A stretch of DNA of 64,000 nucleotides from Thermodesulfobacteriota bacterium (GCA_049320885.1 JBMORA010000009.1:397882-461881); one strand, 5' to 3'; shown: positions 27,689-38,500, numbered from the stretch's first letter. The notes: generated from the letters alone by a model not told the origin. Numbers and translations: made by a program.

Positions 27689-28924
27689 ATGCGCGTTGAA
27701 ATGTTCATAGGTCGTCGTTACTTACGCAGCAAGCAGCGGCACGCCTTCATTTCCCTGATTACCCTGCTGTCCATCGCCGGGGTTATGGTCGGGGTCATGG
27801 CCCTGATCGTCGTCATCGCCGTGATGGCCGGTTTCGAGTCTGATTTAAAGACGCGAATTCTCGGCATCGAATCCCACATCGTGCTGTCCCGTCAGGATGG
27901 CGAGTTTTCCGAATATGATTCCGTCCTGAAACGTCTGGGGCAACAAAAGGGCGTGGTTTCGGCGAATCCGTTTGTCCGCACCCAGATCATGCTCCGGTCG
28001 TCAACGGACATGACCGGGGCGGTATTGAAAGGCGTCACCGAGGAAAATCTCCGGCGCATCACCGCGCAATTCGAGGAAACTTCCCTGGAAACCATTTTCA
28101 GCAGCCGGATGCCCCGGGCGGAATCCAGACCCGTTCCGGGCCTGGTCCTCGGCAGGGAGCTGGCCCGCATCATCCGGGTGAGCAAGGGCGACACGGTTTA
28201 CCTGATATCACCCCGGGGCATGCTGACGCCCGTGGGGCATATGCCGGGCATGAAACGGTGTGTCGTGGCGGACATTTTCGAATCCGGAATGCACGAGTTC
28301 GACGGAGTCCTGGCATACATCCGGCTGGGGGAAGCCCAGACCCTTCTGCGCATGGGCGACGCGGTTTCCGGCATTGAAATCCGGGTGGCGGATATCTATC
28401 AGGCCGGCAGCATCGGCGCGGGGCTGGCGGCCGATCTTGGAAAGGAATACAAAGTCAAGGACTGGATGCAGATGAACCGCAACCTCTTTTCGGCCCTGAA
28501 GCTCGAAAAGGTCGTGATGTTCATCATCCTGACCCTGATCATTTTTGTGGCGGCGTTCAACATCGCCAGTTCCCTGATGATGCTGGTCATGAAAAAACAA
28601 AGAGATATCGGTATTCTGAAGGCCATGGGGGCCAGCCGCGGCTTGATCCGCAGAATTTTTATCTTCAAGGGAATGACCATCGGCGCAGTGGGCACGCTGA
28701 CCGGCGGCAGTCTGGGCTTCCTGCTGTGCGCGCTGCTGGCGAAATATCGATTTGTTGAACTTCCCGGCGATGTATACTATATTACCACGCTTCCGGTTCG
28801 TCTGGAAACAGTGGACGCGGTGTTGATAGCGTTTTCCGCCCTGGCCATCTGCTTCCTGGCGACATTGTATCCGGCGGATCAGGCGGCCAGAATAGACCCG
28901 GTTGAGGCGATACGATATGGTTGA
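27689..28924 (+). CDS. lolE: Lipoprotein-releasing ABC transporter permease LolC/E (LolF)
   Basis: RYLR, GVMALIVV.AVM.GF, W..MN..LF.ALK.EK, AAFNI, IGILKAMGA, YPA..A..P.EA.RY. Confidence 0.9.
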   Translation: MRVEMFIGRRYLRSKQRHAFISLITLLSIAGVMVGVMALIVVIAVMAGFESDLKTRILGIESHIVLSRQDGEFSEYDSVLKRLGQQKGVVSANPFVRTQIMLRSSTDMTGAVLKGVTEENLRRITAQFEETSLETIFSSRMPRAESRPVPGLVLGRELARIIRVSKGDTVYLISPRGMLTPVGHMPGMKRCVVADIFESGMHEFDGVLAYIRLGEAQTLLRMGDAVSGIEIRVADIYQAGSIGAGLAADLGKEYKVKDWMQMNRNLFSALKLEKVVMFIILTLIIFVAAFNIASSLMMLVMKKQRDIGILKAMGASRGLIRRIFIFKGMTIGAVGTLTGGSLGFLLCALLAKYRFVELPGDVYYITTLPVRLETVDAVLIAFSALAICFLATLYPADQAARIDPVEAIRYG

Positions 28925-29660
28925 CATACAAGCTTCGTCCCCTGAAGGACATGATCGGGTTATCACCACCGGTCAGGACCATGCGGAGATCATCCTTTCC
29001 GGCTGCGGCATCAGCAAGAGCTTCAAGAGCAACGGCATGCGTCTTTCCGTGCTGAGCGATGTGAATTTCTCTTTCCGGAAAGGCGAAACCATTGCAATTG
29101 TCGGGGCCTCGGGTATCGGTAAATCGACCCTGCTGCATATCATCGGTTCATTGGACCGTCCGGATCAGGGTTCCCTGTATTTCGAGGGGCGGGATGTGTT
29201 TCAGCTGGATGATGTCGAACTGGCACGCCACCGGAACCGGTCCATCGGATTCGTATTTCAATTCCACCATTTGTTGGCGGAATTCTCCGCCCTGGAAAAC
29301 GCCATGATGCCGCTGTTGATCGCTGGTATCGACAAACAACAGGCCAGGAAAACGGCCGAGGCGTTTCTGGTGCGGGTGGGGCTGGGAAACCGGCTTTCAC
29401 ACCGGGTCAATGAATTGTCCGGAGGTGAACAACAACGGGTGGCGCTGGCCCGGGCCCTTGTATTGCAGCCGGCCCTGCTGCTGGCCGATGAACCCACCGG
29501 CAATCTGGACATCCAGAACAGCCGACAGGTCCATGCCCTGTTTTTGGAACTCAATCGGGAGTTCAATATGACCATGGTCGTGGTCACCCACAACATGGAA
29601 CTTGCGTCCCTGATGTCCCGGCGGGTGACAGTCGCCAATGGGCAACTGGTGAATACGTAA
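28917..29660 (+). CDS. lolD: Lipoprotein-releasing ABC ATPase
   Basis: GASGIGKST, GFVFQFHHLL, LSGGEQQR, LADEPTGNLD, VVTH. Confidence 0.92.
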   Translation: MVDIQASSPEGHDRVITTGQDHAEIILSGCGISKSFKSNGMRLSVLSDVNFSFRKGETIAIVGASGIGKSTLLHIIGSLDRPDQGSLYFEGRDVFQLDDVELARHRNRSIGFVFQFHHLLAEFSALENAMMPLLIAGIDKQQARKTAEAFLVRVGLGNRLSHRVNELSGGEQQRVALARALVLQPALLLADEPTGNLDIQNSRQVHALFLELNREFNMTMVVVTHNMELASLMSRRVTVANGQLVNT

Positions 29661-29750
29661 ATGGGACGTAACGACAATCATCCATGCGGACGACATGTTG
29701 AAACAGACGAACAGCCGCTTCATCGGCGGTAGTCATACGGGATTGTTGCC

Positions 29751-32456
29751 ATGCGGAAACGGAGTGCGGGGCTGATTTTTTTGTTGAGTCTGATATCGTT
29801 GGGTATTGCCGGGGCAGAACCTCAAACCGAGGTCCTGCTGCTGCCGTTTGATATCCAGGCGGACACGGATCCGGGTTATCTGCGATCGGAAATTGACGGA
29901 ATTATTTCAACTGTTCTCCAGCAAAACAGTGCCGTGATTCTGCGGGCCGGCGACTCTTCGGGGCCGCCGGCGGATTTGGGACAGGAGGAACGCCTGGCAT
30001 TGGTTCGGGATTTGGGGCGACAGGCCGGCGCGGCGTATGTTGTCTGGGGGAAAGGCGCTTTCACCGGCGGGCAATATGATTTTCAAGCAGAGGTGCTGGA
30101 TATGGCCGGAACCGGTCCGGCGGCGGTTCTCAGCGAAAAAGGAACCGGCCCGGAAAACCTGCTGGCTTCGGCCCAGGCCCTTGCCAGGAATATTGCGCTG
30201 ACTGTTTTCAAGCAGGAGCGGATCGCCGACCTGATCATCAGCGGCAACAACCGGATCGAGGATGACGCCATAAAAAAGCGGATCAACACCAAAGCCGGCG
30301 ACCTGTTTCTGCCGCAGAATCTGACCAATGACATGAAGCGTGTCTACGGCATGGGGTATTTCGAGGACATTCGAATCGAATATGACAACAGTCCGGGCGG
30401 GAAAATCGTTGTCTTTCATGTGGTGGAGAAACCCACCATCCGCAAAATCGATTTTGAAGGCAACGAGGAGTATTCGGCCGAGGAACTCCAGGAGAACATC
30501 GACATTCGCACCGGATCGGTTTTCAATACGTTCAAGATCAAACAGGAAGTGAACAAGATCAAAGCCCTGTACAAGGATAAAAATTTTCACAATGCCGTCG
30601 TGAGTTACGAAGTCGAGGAATTGGAAAACAACCAGTCGGATTTGATCATCACCATCGAGGAGGGCGAGGAAGCCAAAATCCAGAAAATCTCCTTTGAGGG
30701 AAATCATGCCTTTACGAGCGAGGAAATCCAGAATCTGAAAGCCAATGAGGGGGGAGTATGGGACTACCCGCCGTTTGAATGGTTCACCGAGTCCAGTGAA
30801 TTGGGCGAGATGAACACCACTGAGGAAGGCCTTTTTTCATTCATCACCGATTCCGGTGAGTTGAACATGGAAAAGCTGAATCAGGACACGGCCAGGATCG
30901 AGGCCTTTTATCATAACAACGGATATATCGATGCCCGGGTGGCGGAGCCCGTCATCCGTTATAAAGGGGATGCCATCTCCATCAAATTCAAGATTGAAGA
31001 AGGGATCCTGTACCGGATCGGGAAGGTCGACCTGGAAGGGGATCTGCTCCGGTCGAAGAATCTGCTGCTCCGGCGGGTGAAGGCCAGAACCGGTTCTCCC
31101 GTGAGCCGGGATGCTCTGCGGAAGGATGTATTATCCCTTACGGATATCTATGCCAATAAAGGGTTTTTTTATGCCGATATTTATCCCCGCATCGATCGCA
31201 ACCCGGAGAAAAGGACTGCGGACATCGCCTTTGTCATCAAAAAGGGCAAACCGGTTTATTTCGAAAAAATCCTGATCACCGGCAATACCAGCACCCGCGA
31301 CAAGGTGATCCGCCGGGAACTGCCGATTTATGAGCAGGAGCTGTACAACGGCGAGCGGCTGAAACGCGGCGTCCGCAACCTCCACCGGCTGGATTTTTTT
31401 GAAGATATCAAGGTGGATACCCTGAAGGGTAGCGCCGATGATAAAATGATTCTGAAAATCGGCGTCAAGGACAAGGCCACCGGCGCCTTCAGTTTCGGCG
31501 GCGGCTACAGCAGCCTGGAAAACCTCTTTGTGACGGCTTCCATCACGGAACGGAATCTGTTCGGCCGGTCGCAAATGTTGCGCCTCAACGGCGAGGTCGG
31601 CGGCCGGACCACGCAGATCGACATGAGTTTCACGGAGCCCTGGCTGTTCGATATCCCCCTTTCCGCCAGCACGAGCATTTACAATGTGGAACGGGATTAT
31701 GACACCTATGTCAAGAAGAGCAGGGGCGGCGGCCAGGGGTTCGGTTATCCGGTATTTGATTACACGCGGCTTTCCGTTGCTTACGGCTATGAACAGAACG
31801 ATTACTCGGAACTTACCACGGACGCGTCCGCGTATGTGATCGAGGGGGAATTCATCATGAGCAAGGTCACGACGATGCTGCAGTATGATTCCCGCGATTC
31901 GGCCCTCAACCCCACCGAGGGCTCGGAACATAGCTTGACGGTTACCTATGCCGGTGGACTGTTCGGCGGTGATTATGCGTTCACTCAATATATCGCCGAG
32001 ACCGGCTGGTACTATCCCCTGTTCTGGGGCACCACCGGTTTTCTGCATGGCGAGGGAGGCTATGTCCGGGAAAATGGTGACGGCATATTGACGGAGGAAT
32101 ACCGTTTCGCCCTTGGGGGCATCAATTCCCTGCGCGGCTTCAAATGGCGGGATGTGAGTCCCAAGGATGAATACGGGATTCCCTATGGCGGCGACAAATA
32201 TGTCCTGTTCAATGTCGAGTATATTTTCCCGTTGTTCAAGAAAGCCGGATTGAACGGCGTCCTTTTTGTCGACGTGGGAAATGCATTTGACGATCATGAA
32301 AGAGTTGATTTGGGTAATCTGCGTAAAAGCGCCGGCGGCGGCTTTCGTTGGAATTCCCCCCTGGGACCGATCCGCATCGAATATGGGAAGATATTGGATC
32401 CAAAAGAAGGTGAGGGCACCGGACGCTGGGAATTCACCATGGGAACCGCTTTCTAA
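29751..32456 (+). CDS. bamA: Outer membrane assembly factor BamA with extra N-terminal domain
   Basis: Signal peptide, POTRA repeats (GN..T.DKVIRRE), barrel GGGYSS, LRGF, W.SP.GPIR, terminal Phe. Confidence 0.95.
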   Translation: MRKRSAGLIFLLSLISLGIAGAEPQTEVLLLPFDIQADTDPGYLRSEIDGIISTVLQQNSAVILRAGDSSGPPADLGQEERLALVRDLGRQAGAAYVVWGKGAFTGGQYDFQAEVLDMAGTGPAAVLSEKGTGPENLLASAQALARNIALTVFKQERIADLIISGNNRIEDDAIKKRINTKAGDLFLPQNLTNDMKRVYGMGYFEDIRIEYDNSPGGKIVVFHVVEKPTIRKIDFEGNEEYSAEELQENIDIRTGSVFNTFKIKQEVNKIKALYKDKNFHNAVVSYEVEELENNQSDLIITIEEGEEAKIQKISFEGNHAFTSEEIQNLKANEGGVWDYPPFEWFTESSELGEMNTTEEGLFSFITDSGELNMEKLNQDTARIEAFYHNNGYIDARVAEPVIRYKGDAISIKFKIEEGILYRIGKVDLEGDLLRSKNLLLRRVKARTGSPVSRDALRKDVLSLTDIYANKGFFYADIYPRIDRNPEKRTADIAFVIKKGKPVYFEKILITGNTSTRDKVIRRELPIYEQELYNGERLKRGVRNLHRLDFFEDIKVDTLKGSADDKMILKIGVKDKATGAFSFGGGYSSLENLFVTASITERNLFGRSQMLRLNGEVGGRTTQIDMSFTEPWLFDIPLSASTSIYNVERDYDTYVKKSRGGGQGFGYPVFDYTRLSVAYGYEQNDYSELTTDASAYVIEGEFIMSKVTTMLQYDSRDSALNPTEGSEHSLTVTYAGGLFGGDYAFTQYIAETGWYYPLFWGTTGFLHGEGGYVRENGDGILTEEYRFALGGINSLRGFKWRDVSPKDEYGIPYGGDKYVLFNVEYIFPLFKKAGLNGVLFVDVGNAFDDHERVDLGNLRKSAGGGFRWNSPLGPIRIEYGKILDPKEGEGTGRWEFTMGTAF

Positions 32457-32523
32457 CCGGTCGTCGCCGGCGATATTGCAAGGGTTTTAACAAATGGAAT
32501 GATTTTCAGAAAGGGGATCACGA

Positions 32524-33054
32524 ATGAATGCATGCAAGCGGATGGTAACAATGGTGGTCATGATGGTTTTTGCTGCCGCCCCGAGCGTCATGGGCGCGGA
32601 TGTGGCCAAAATCGGCGTGATTGATTTTCAGCGGTTTCTCAGTTCGTCCAAGGCGGGCCAGGAAGCCCAGGCCAGATTCAAGGAACACGGCACCAAGATG
32701 GAAAGCGATCTGAAAAAGAAAGAAGCCGAAATCAAGGATCTGCGTGATCGCCTGGAGCGCGAGGCCATGGTGATGACCCAGGAAGTCCGGGAACAGAAGG
32801 AACGGGAATATCGCATCAAGGTCAGCGACTTCAAGGATCAGGAGAAGAAATTCCTGACCGAACTCAAAGGCCTGGAGAACGAGTTGGTCACTAAAATACG
32901 GGATGACCTTCTGGCCTTGATTGAAGAGGTCGGCAAAAAGGAAGGATATCTGCTGATCATCGACAAGGCCGTGGCCCATTACTACCCGGCTTCCATCGAT
33001 GTCACGGACCGATTGATCCAGATTTACAATGAACGGGGCGGCAAGAAAAAATAG
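32524..33054 (+). CDS. skp: Periplasmic chaperone Skp/OmpH
   Basis: Signal peptide, KIGVIDFQ, long coiled coil, D.T...I..YN; located after bamA. Confidence 0.9.
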   Translation: MNACKRMVTMVVMMVFAAAPSVMGADVAKIGVIDFQRFLSSSKAGQEAQARFKEHGTKMESDLKKKEAEIKDLRDRLEREAMVMTQEVREQKEREYRIKVSDFKDQEKKFLTELKGLENELVTKIRDDLLALIEEVGKKEGYLLIIDKAVAHYYPASIDVTDRLIQIYNERGGKKK

Positions 33055-33078
33055 CCGGTCGTCCGGGATGGAGCAGGG

Positions 33079-34161
33079 GTGAAGTCATTTACGGTAACGG
33101 AAATAGCCGCTGTCGTAGGCGCGGACCTTCAAGGCGACGGTCGCAAGGAAATAACCGGGCCCGCGCCCTTTGAGCAGGCCGGGGGGGATCAGATCACCTT
33201 CGCGGCCCAGGCGAAATTTTTGAAACGGATTCCGTCTTGCCGGGCAGGGGCCGTGCTGGTGCCGGCGGCCTTCGCGGGATCCGAGGCCCGCTGCAACCTG
33301 CTGCGGGTGAAAAACCCGACGGCGGCCTTTGCCCGGGTGGTTGGTCTGTTTCATCCCGGTGAAAAGCCTTCCCGGGGCATCAGCGCCGGCGCGTGTGTGG
33401 GGCGCCGGTTCCGGTGCGGAACCGATCCGTCCATCGGACATGGTGTCGTCATTTCCGATGAAGTGGTCATGGGCGACCGGGTCACGGTTCATCCCCATGT
33501 GTTTATCGGCCAGCGGGTTGTCATCGGCGATGATGTGGAGATCCATCCCAATGTGACGATTCTCGCGGACTGCCGCATCGGCAACCGGGTGATCATCCAG
33601 GCCGGAACGGTGATCGGCAGCGACGGTTTTGGATATGCGCCCGAAGGAGAGGCCTATCTCAAGATCCCGCATACGGGCATTGTCCGCATCGACGATGATG
33701 TGGAAATCGGGGCGGGAAACACCATCGATCGCGCGACCATGGGGCAGACATGGATCAAACGGGGTGTGAAAACGGACAATCTGGTGCATATCGCTCACAA
33801 CGTCACCATCGGTGAGGACACCCTGCTGGTGGCCCAGGTCGGCATTGCCGGCAGCACCACCATCGGCCATCACTCCGTGCTGGCCGGTCAGGTGGGGGTT
33901 TCCGGACATCTGACCATCGGCAGCCATGTGACCATCGGGCCCCAGGCCGGCGTCGCCAAGTCCATCGAGGACGGACAAATCGTCTCCGGTTCGCCGCAGA
34001 TGCCTCATCGACAATGGCTGCGTGTCCAGGGAACCCTGCCGGGCCTGCCGGAATTGAAACGAAAACTGGGTGACCTGGAGAAACGCCTGGAACGGTTGAC
34101 AGGAGGAATGGGTGCGGAAAGCCGGCCTTTCCGGGATGAATTGCAAGGGAAAGAAGAATGA
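33079..34161 (+). CDS. lpxD: UDP-3-O-acylglucosamine N-acyltransferase
   Basis: Hexapeptide repeats, IGSDGFGY, IDRA, K.DNLVHIAHN. Confidence 0.96.
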   Translation: MKSFTVTEIAAVVGADLQGDGRKEITGPAPFEQAGGDQITFAAQAKFLKRIPSCRAGAVLVPAAFAGSEARCNLLRVKNPTAAFARVVGLFHPGEKPSRGISAGACVGRRFRCGTDPSIGHGVVISDEVVMGDRVTVHPHVFIGQRVVIGDDVEIHPNVTILADCRIGNRVIIQAGTVIGSDGFGYAPEGEAYLKIPHTGIVRIDDDVEIGAGNTIDRATMGQTWIKRGVKTDNLVHIAHNVTIGEDTLLVAQVGIAGSTTIGHHSVLAGQVGVSGHLTIGSHVTIGPQAGVAKSIEDGQIVSGSPQMPHRQWLRVQGTLPGLPELKRKLGDLEKRLERLTGGMGAESRPFRDELQGKEE

Positions 34162-34601
34162 CAACCACATACGGAATACAGGAAATCATGGACATGTTGC
34201 CGCACCGGTACCCGTTGCTTCTGGTGGACAGGGTAATGGAACTGGACCCGGGAAAACGCATCCTTGCGATTAAAAATGTAACTATATCAGAACCTTTTTT
34301 TCAGGGCCATTTCCCCGGCCGACCGATCATGCCGGGTGTCCTGATCCTGGAGGCCATGGCCCAGGCGGGGGGGATCCTTGCCTGCGCTTCCGGATTTCAG
34401 GAAAAACAGAGCCTGATTTATTTCATGGCCATGGATAAGGCCCGCTTCAGAAAGCCGGTTTTACCCGGGGATCAATTGGTTTCGGAAATGACGATTCTGA
34501 AAAGACGGAAAAAGGTCATGAAGATGAGCGGCGTGGCCACTGTCAACGACCAACGGGTGGCCGAAGCCGAATTTTTAGCAGCATTGGGGGAGAGATCATG
34601 A
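34158..34601 (+). CDS. fabZ: 3-hydroxyacyl-ACP dehydratase
   Basis: [33 protein letters not shown]. Confidence 0.97.
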   Translation: MTTTYGIQEIMDMLPHRYPLLLVDRVMELDPGKRILAIKNVTISEPFFQGHFPGRPIMPGVLILEAMAQAGGILACASGFQEKQSLIYFMAMDKARFRKPVLPGDQLVSEMTILKRRKKVMKMSGVATVNDQRVAEAEFLAALGERS

Positions 34602-35368
34602 TTCATGAAACAGCTATAGTCGATAAACGGGCGGAAATCGACGCCGATGTGGAGATCGGTCCCTATTCCATTATCCAAGGGGATGTGAAAATCGGGAAAG
34701 GAACGATTATCGGTCCCCATGTAACGGTGGAATCCCATGTCACCATCGGGCCGGGATGCAAAATATACCAATACGCCTCCATTGGAGGACCGCCCCAGGA
34801 CCTGAAATACAAGGGCGAGAAGACCCTATTAACCATCGGGCAGGGAACGGTGATCCGGGAGAGCGTCACCATCAACCGGGGCACGGTGGCCGGCGGAGGC
34901 TTGACGGAAGTGGGGGAGGAAAATTATCTGATGGCCTACACCCATATCGCCCATGACTGCAAAACCGGCCGCCGGGTGATCCTGGCCAACAACGCCACCC
35001 TGGCAGGCCATATCACCATTGGAGATTGTGCCACCGTGGGCGGCCTGGTGGCGATCCACCAATTCGTCCGGATCGGCGAATACGCGTATGTGGGTGGCAA
35101 GGCGGCGGTTGTCAAGGACATTCCTCCTTATGTGATTGCGGCTGGAGACCGGGCGCGTCTGCATGGATTGAACAGCGTCGGTCTGAAACGGCATGGGTTT
35201 TCCGCGGCGCGGATATCGGCTTTGAAAAAAGTCTACCGCATCTGCTTCCGGATCGGTCTGACGCTGAACGAAGCCATGGAGCGTGTCCGCGCGGAGGTCG
35301 AGCAGGAGCCGGATGTGGTTAAATTCATCGAGTTCATCCAATCATCCCACCGGGGGATCACACGTTGA
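34598..35368 (+). CDS. lpxA: Acyl-ACP--UDP-GlcNAc O-acyltransferase
   Basis: MIH.TA, PQDLKY.GE, HIAHDC, LAGH, HQF, LN.VGLKR.G. Confidence 0.97.
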   Translation: MIHETAIVDKRAEIDADVEIGPYSIIQGDVKIGKGTIIGPHVTVESHVTIGPGCKIYQYASIGGPPQDLKYKGEKTLLTIGQGTVIRESVTINRGTVAGGGLTEVGEENYLMAYTHIAHDCKTGRRVILANNATLAGHITIGDCATVGGLVAIHQFVRIGEYAYVGGKAAVVKDIPPYVIAAGDRARLHGLNSVGLKRHGFSAARISALKKVYRICFRIGLTLNEAMERVRAEVEQEPDVVKFIEFIQSSHRGITR

Positions 35369-37128
35369 GCGGTTTTTCCGGATTGAAGCCGAGGCACAAG
35401 CGTCTGCTCTTGCTGATCAAGGAAAACCGTTGGCGACTTTATCTGGCCATGGTGTGCATGATGGTGGTGGCGGCGACGTCACCGGCGTCGGCTTACCTGA
35501 TCAAACCGGCCCTGGATGATATTTTCGTCAGCAAGGACATCATTGCCTTGCGGTTGGTGCCCCTGGCCGTGATCGTGGTTTTTTTCCTGAGGGGGATCGG
35601 CATGTACGGTCAGGCGTATTTCATGAGCTACGTTGGCGAAGGTATTATCCGCAATCTACGGGATTTACTGTATTCGCGAATTTCCGACCTGCCGCTTTCC
35701 TTTTATCACCAGGAAAAAACCGGCACTTTGATGTCCCGGGTGACCAACGACGTCAATATCATCAAAATCATGGTATCGGATGCCGTGGCCGGGTCCGTGC
35801 GGGATTTTTTCACCATTATTTTTTTAACCGGGCTCATTTTTTTCCTGCATTGGAAACTGGCTCTGGTGGCATTTTTTGTCTTGCCCCTGGCGTTTTATCC
35901 CATCGTTGTTTTCGGTCGAAAGGTTCGCCGGGTCAGTACCTTCTGGCAGGAAGCCATGGCCGACATCAGCGTTTTCCTGCATGAGACGATTGCCGGGAGC
36001 AAGATCGTCAAGGCCTTCGGCATGGAGGCATACGAGAAGGAACGTTTTTTTGAAAAAAACCGACGGCTGTTCCGAATCGAAATGAAAGCGGTGATTGCCC
36101 GTTCCCTGTCTTCCCCGGTCATGGAATTTTTCGGCGGAATCGGCATCGCGTTTGTGATCTGGTTCGGCGGCTCCCAGGTTATTTCCGGGCGTTTGACGGT
36201 GGGCACCTTTATCGCTTTCATTTCCGCCGTCATCATGTTGTATGATCCGGTCAAAAAGATCAGCCGTCTCAACAATGCCATTCAGGAAGGCCTGGCTGCC
36301 ACGGACAGAGTGTTCGACGTCATTGAACGGGAGTCTGAAATCCAGGACCCGCCGATTCCCATCCGCCTGGAGCATAAACCCCACCAGGTGGTTTTTGAAC
36401 AGGTCGGCTTCAAATATGAAAGCCATCTGGTCCTGAGGGATATCAACCTGGAAGTGAAACCAGGTGAAATCCTGGCGCTGGTGGGAATGAGCGGCGGCGG
36501 CAAATCGACCCTGGTCAACCTGCTGCCGCGGTTTTATGATGTCTGTGAAGGGCGGATCCTCATCGATGGGATCGATATCCGCGACATCACGCTCCAGAAT
36601 CTGCGGCGGCAAATCGCCGTGGTCACCCAGGAGCCGATACTTTTCAACGACACGGTCCGGAACAACATCGCCTATGGGAAACCAGATGCTGACGAGGCGG
36701 AGATTCGGTCTGCTGCCCAGGCGGCTTACGCTCTGGATTTCATTCAGGGATTTCCAAAAGGTTTTGAAACCAACATCGGTGAGCTGGGCAATCGTCTTTC
36801 CGGGGGGGAACGGCAGCGGATCTGCATTGCCCGAGCCCTGCTGAAAAACGCGCCGATCTTAATTTTGGATGAGGCGACCTCGGCCCTGGATACCGAAGCG
36901 GAGATGCTGGTACAGAAGGCTCTGGAGAATTTGATGACCGGCCGCACCACTTTTGTCATCGCCCATCGGCTTTCCACCATCAGCAAGGCGGATCGGATCA
37001 TTGTGATTGTAAACGGCCGCATCGTGGAACAGGGGAAGCATGCGGAACTGCTTGCCGCCGGAGGAGAATATTACAAGCTTTATCAGATGCAATTCGTCCA
37101 AACTGCCGGCGATAAAATGCAAACGTGA
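35365..37128 (+). CDS. msbA: Lipid A export ABC transporter (MsbA-like)
   Basis: 6-TM ABC membrane domain; GMSGGGKST, LSGGERQR, ILDEATSALD, IAHRLST; TTG start overlaps the lpxA stop. Confidence 0.85.
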   Translation: MSGFSGLKPRHKRLLLLIKENRWRLYLAMVCMMVVAATSPASAYLIKPALDDIFVSKDIIALRLVPLAVIVVFFLRGIGMYGQAYFMSYVGEGIIRNLRDLLYSRISDLPLSFYHQEKTGTLMSRVTNDVNIIKIMVSDAVAGSVRDFFTIIFLTGLIFFLHWKLALVAFFVLPLAFYPIVVFGRKVRRVSTFWQEAMADISVFLHETIAGSKIVKAFGMEAYEKERFFEKNRRLFRIEMKAVIARSLSSPVMEFFGGIGIAFVIWFGGSQVISGRLTVGTFIAFISAVIMLYDPVKKISRLNNAIQEGLAATDRVFDVIERESEIQDPPIPIRLEHKPHQVVFEQVGFKYESHLVLRDINLEVKPGEILALVGMSGGGKSTLVNLLPRFYDVCEGRILIDGIDIRDITLQNLRRQIAVVTQEPILFNDTVRNNIAYGKPDADEAEIRSAAQAAYALDFIQGFPKGFETNIGELGNRLSGGERQRICIARALLKNAPILILDEATSALDTEAEMLVQKALENLMTGRTTFVIAHRLSTISKADRIIVIVNGRIVEQGKHAELLAAGGEYYKLYQMQFVQTAGDKMQT

Positions 37129-37131
37129 TCT

Positions 37132-37902
37132 ATGGTGACGATTTCCATGGAAAAAAAACTGTCGATTATCATTCCGGCTTATAATGAACAGGACCGCATT
37201 GTCCATACACTGGAAATGACCCTGGCCTATCTCAATTCCCGGCCGTTTCGCAGTGAAATCCTGGTGGTCAGCGACGGCAGTACCGACGGCACCGCAACCG
37301 TGGTGCGCGGATTTGACTCCGGCTCCAATGTCGACCTGCGTCTGCTGGAATATTTTCCCAACCGGGGAAAGGGATATGCCGTGCGGTATGGCATGCTTCA
37401 GGGAAACGCCGAGGTCGTCATGTTCATGGATGCGGATTATTCTGTGGATATCAGTGAAGTGGAAAAGGGCCTGGACTTGATCCGGGCGGGGGCGCATGTC
37501 GCCATCGCTTCCCGCTCACTGGCGGAATCGCGGGTCTCCCGTCATCAAAACAGGGCAAGGGAACTCTCGGCAAAACTGTATACGTTTATCCAGAATTTGT
37601 ATCTCGGCATTTCTTTCAAGGATACCCAGTGCGGTTTCAAATTGTTCACTTTTCCCGCGGCGCAGTCGTTATTCCTGCAGCAACGCCTTTGCAGCGTGAT
37701 TTTTGACCCGGAGATTTTATGGCTCGCCGTAAGGTCTGGCTACCAGGTGGCGGAATTTCCCGTCACCTGGAAACATATGGAGGATTCAAGGATCCAATAC
37801 GACAGCTTCCGAAAATTTTTGTTTGTATTCGAAGAGCTGTTGAAAATCAGAAAGCTTCACCAACAGGACAATACGTCGGCCGGGAGAAGAAGGCGGGGGT
37901 GA
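37132..37902 (+). CDS. Glycosyltransferase family 2 (polyprenyl-phosphate glycosyltransferase, ALG5/DPM-like)
   Basis: SIIIPAYNE, DGSTDGT, NRGKG.AV, MDAD, DTQCGFKLF, FD.E.L. Confidence 0.9.
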   Translation: MVTISMEKKLSIIIPAYNEQDRIVHTLEMTLAYLNSRPFRSEILVVSDGSTDGTATVVRGFDSGSNVDLRLLEYFPNRGKGYAVRYGMLQGNAEVVMFMDADYSVDISEVEKGLDLIRAGAHVAIASRSLAESRVSRHQNRARELSAKLYTFIQNLYLGISFKDTQCGFKLFTFPAAQSLFLQQRLCSVIFDPEILWLAVRSGYQVAEFPVTWKHMEDSRIQYDSFRKFLFVFEELLKIRKLHQQDNTSAGRRRRG

Positions 37903-38054
37903 GGGGCATTCACATCAGGACCCCCTGCTGGATAAAAGGCGCCGCTCAGAATGCCGTCTGATCAGAATTTTGCCCCTCGTATCGCCGTTGGGAAAACCGA
38001 AAACTATTTCTAGAACCACCACCATCGGGTTCAGCAATTGTTGATGAATGACCT

Positions 38055-38399
38055 TCAGACGATGGACAGTCCGGTCAGGTAATGGCCCCGGAAGCGGCCT
38101 TCATCCACCCGATCGATGTATTTGATCCGGGTCGCCAGGGTTTGAATGGGGCCTACCGTATCCTGACCATAATATTTCATGGTGAATGTTTTTCCGACGT
38201 TGAGTTGCCCGAGAATGTCGGAATCTTCCTTCACCAAGACAAACATGGAAGTCAAGGCGTTTCCCCATAGTTTGAACTGATATACCCGATTCAATTCGCC
38301 GACAAAAATTTCAACGGTTCTAAGATTTTCAAACCGTTTGTAGCGATTTGACTTTTCCACCAGAATCGGTGCGACAGCCTCCCACTCGTTCATCATCAC
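38055..38399 (-). CDS. Hypothetical protein, degenerate PilZ-like
   Basis: GGAGGTG SD; beta-rich pattern ending in I.YI..G..Y..GL; lacks clear RxxxR and DxSxxG. Confidence 0.55.
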   Translation of the reverse strand: MMMNEWEAVAPILVEKSNRYKRFENLRTVEIFVGELNRVYQFKLWGNALTSMFVLVKEDSDILGQLNVGKTFTMKYYGQDTVGPIQTLATRIKYIDRVDEGRFRGHYLTGLSIV

Positions 38400-38500
38400 C
38401 CTCCCCCTGCAGTTTCCTGGCGGTGCGTTTATCGATGCTGCCTGTTTTTCGCTGCCGTTCTGGCGACATCCGCATTGAATGCAATCGGATGTGCACAGAT

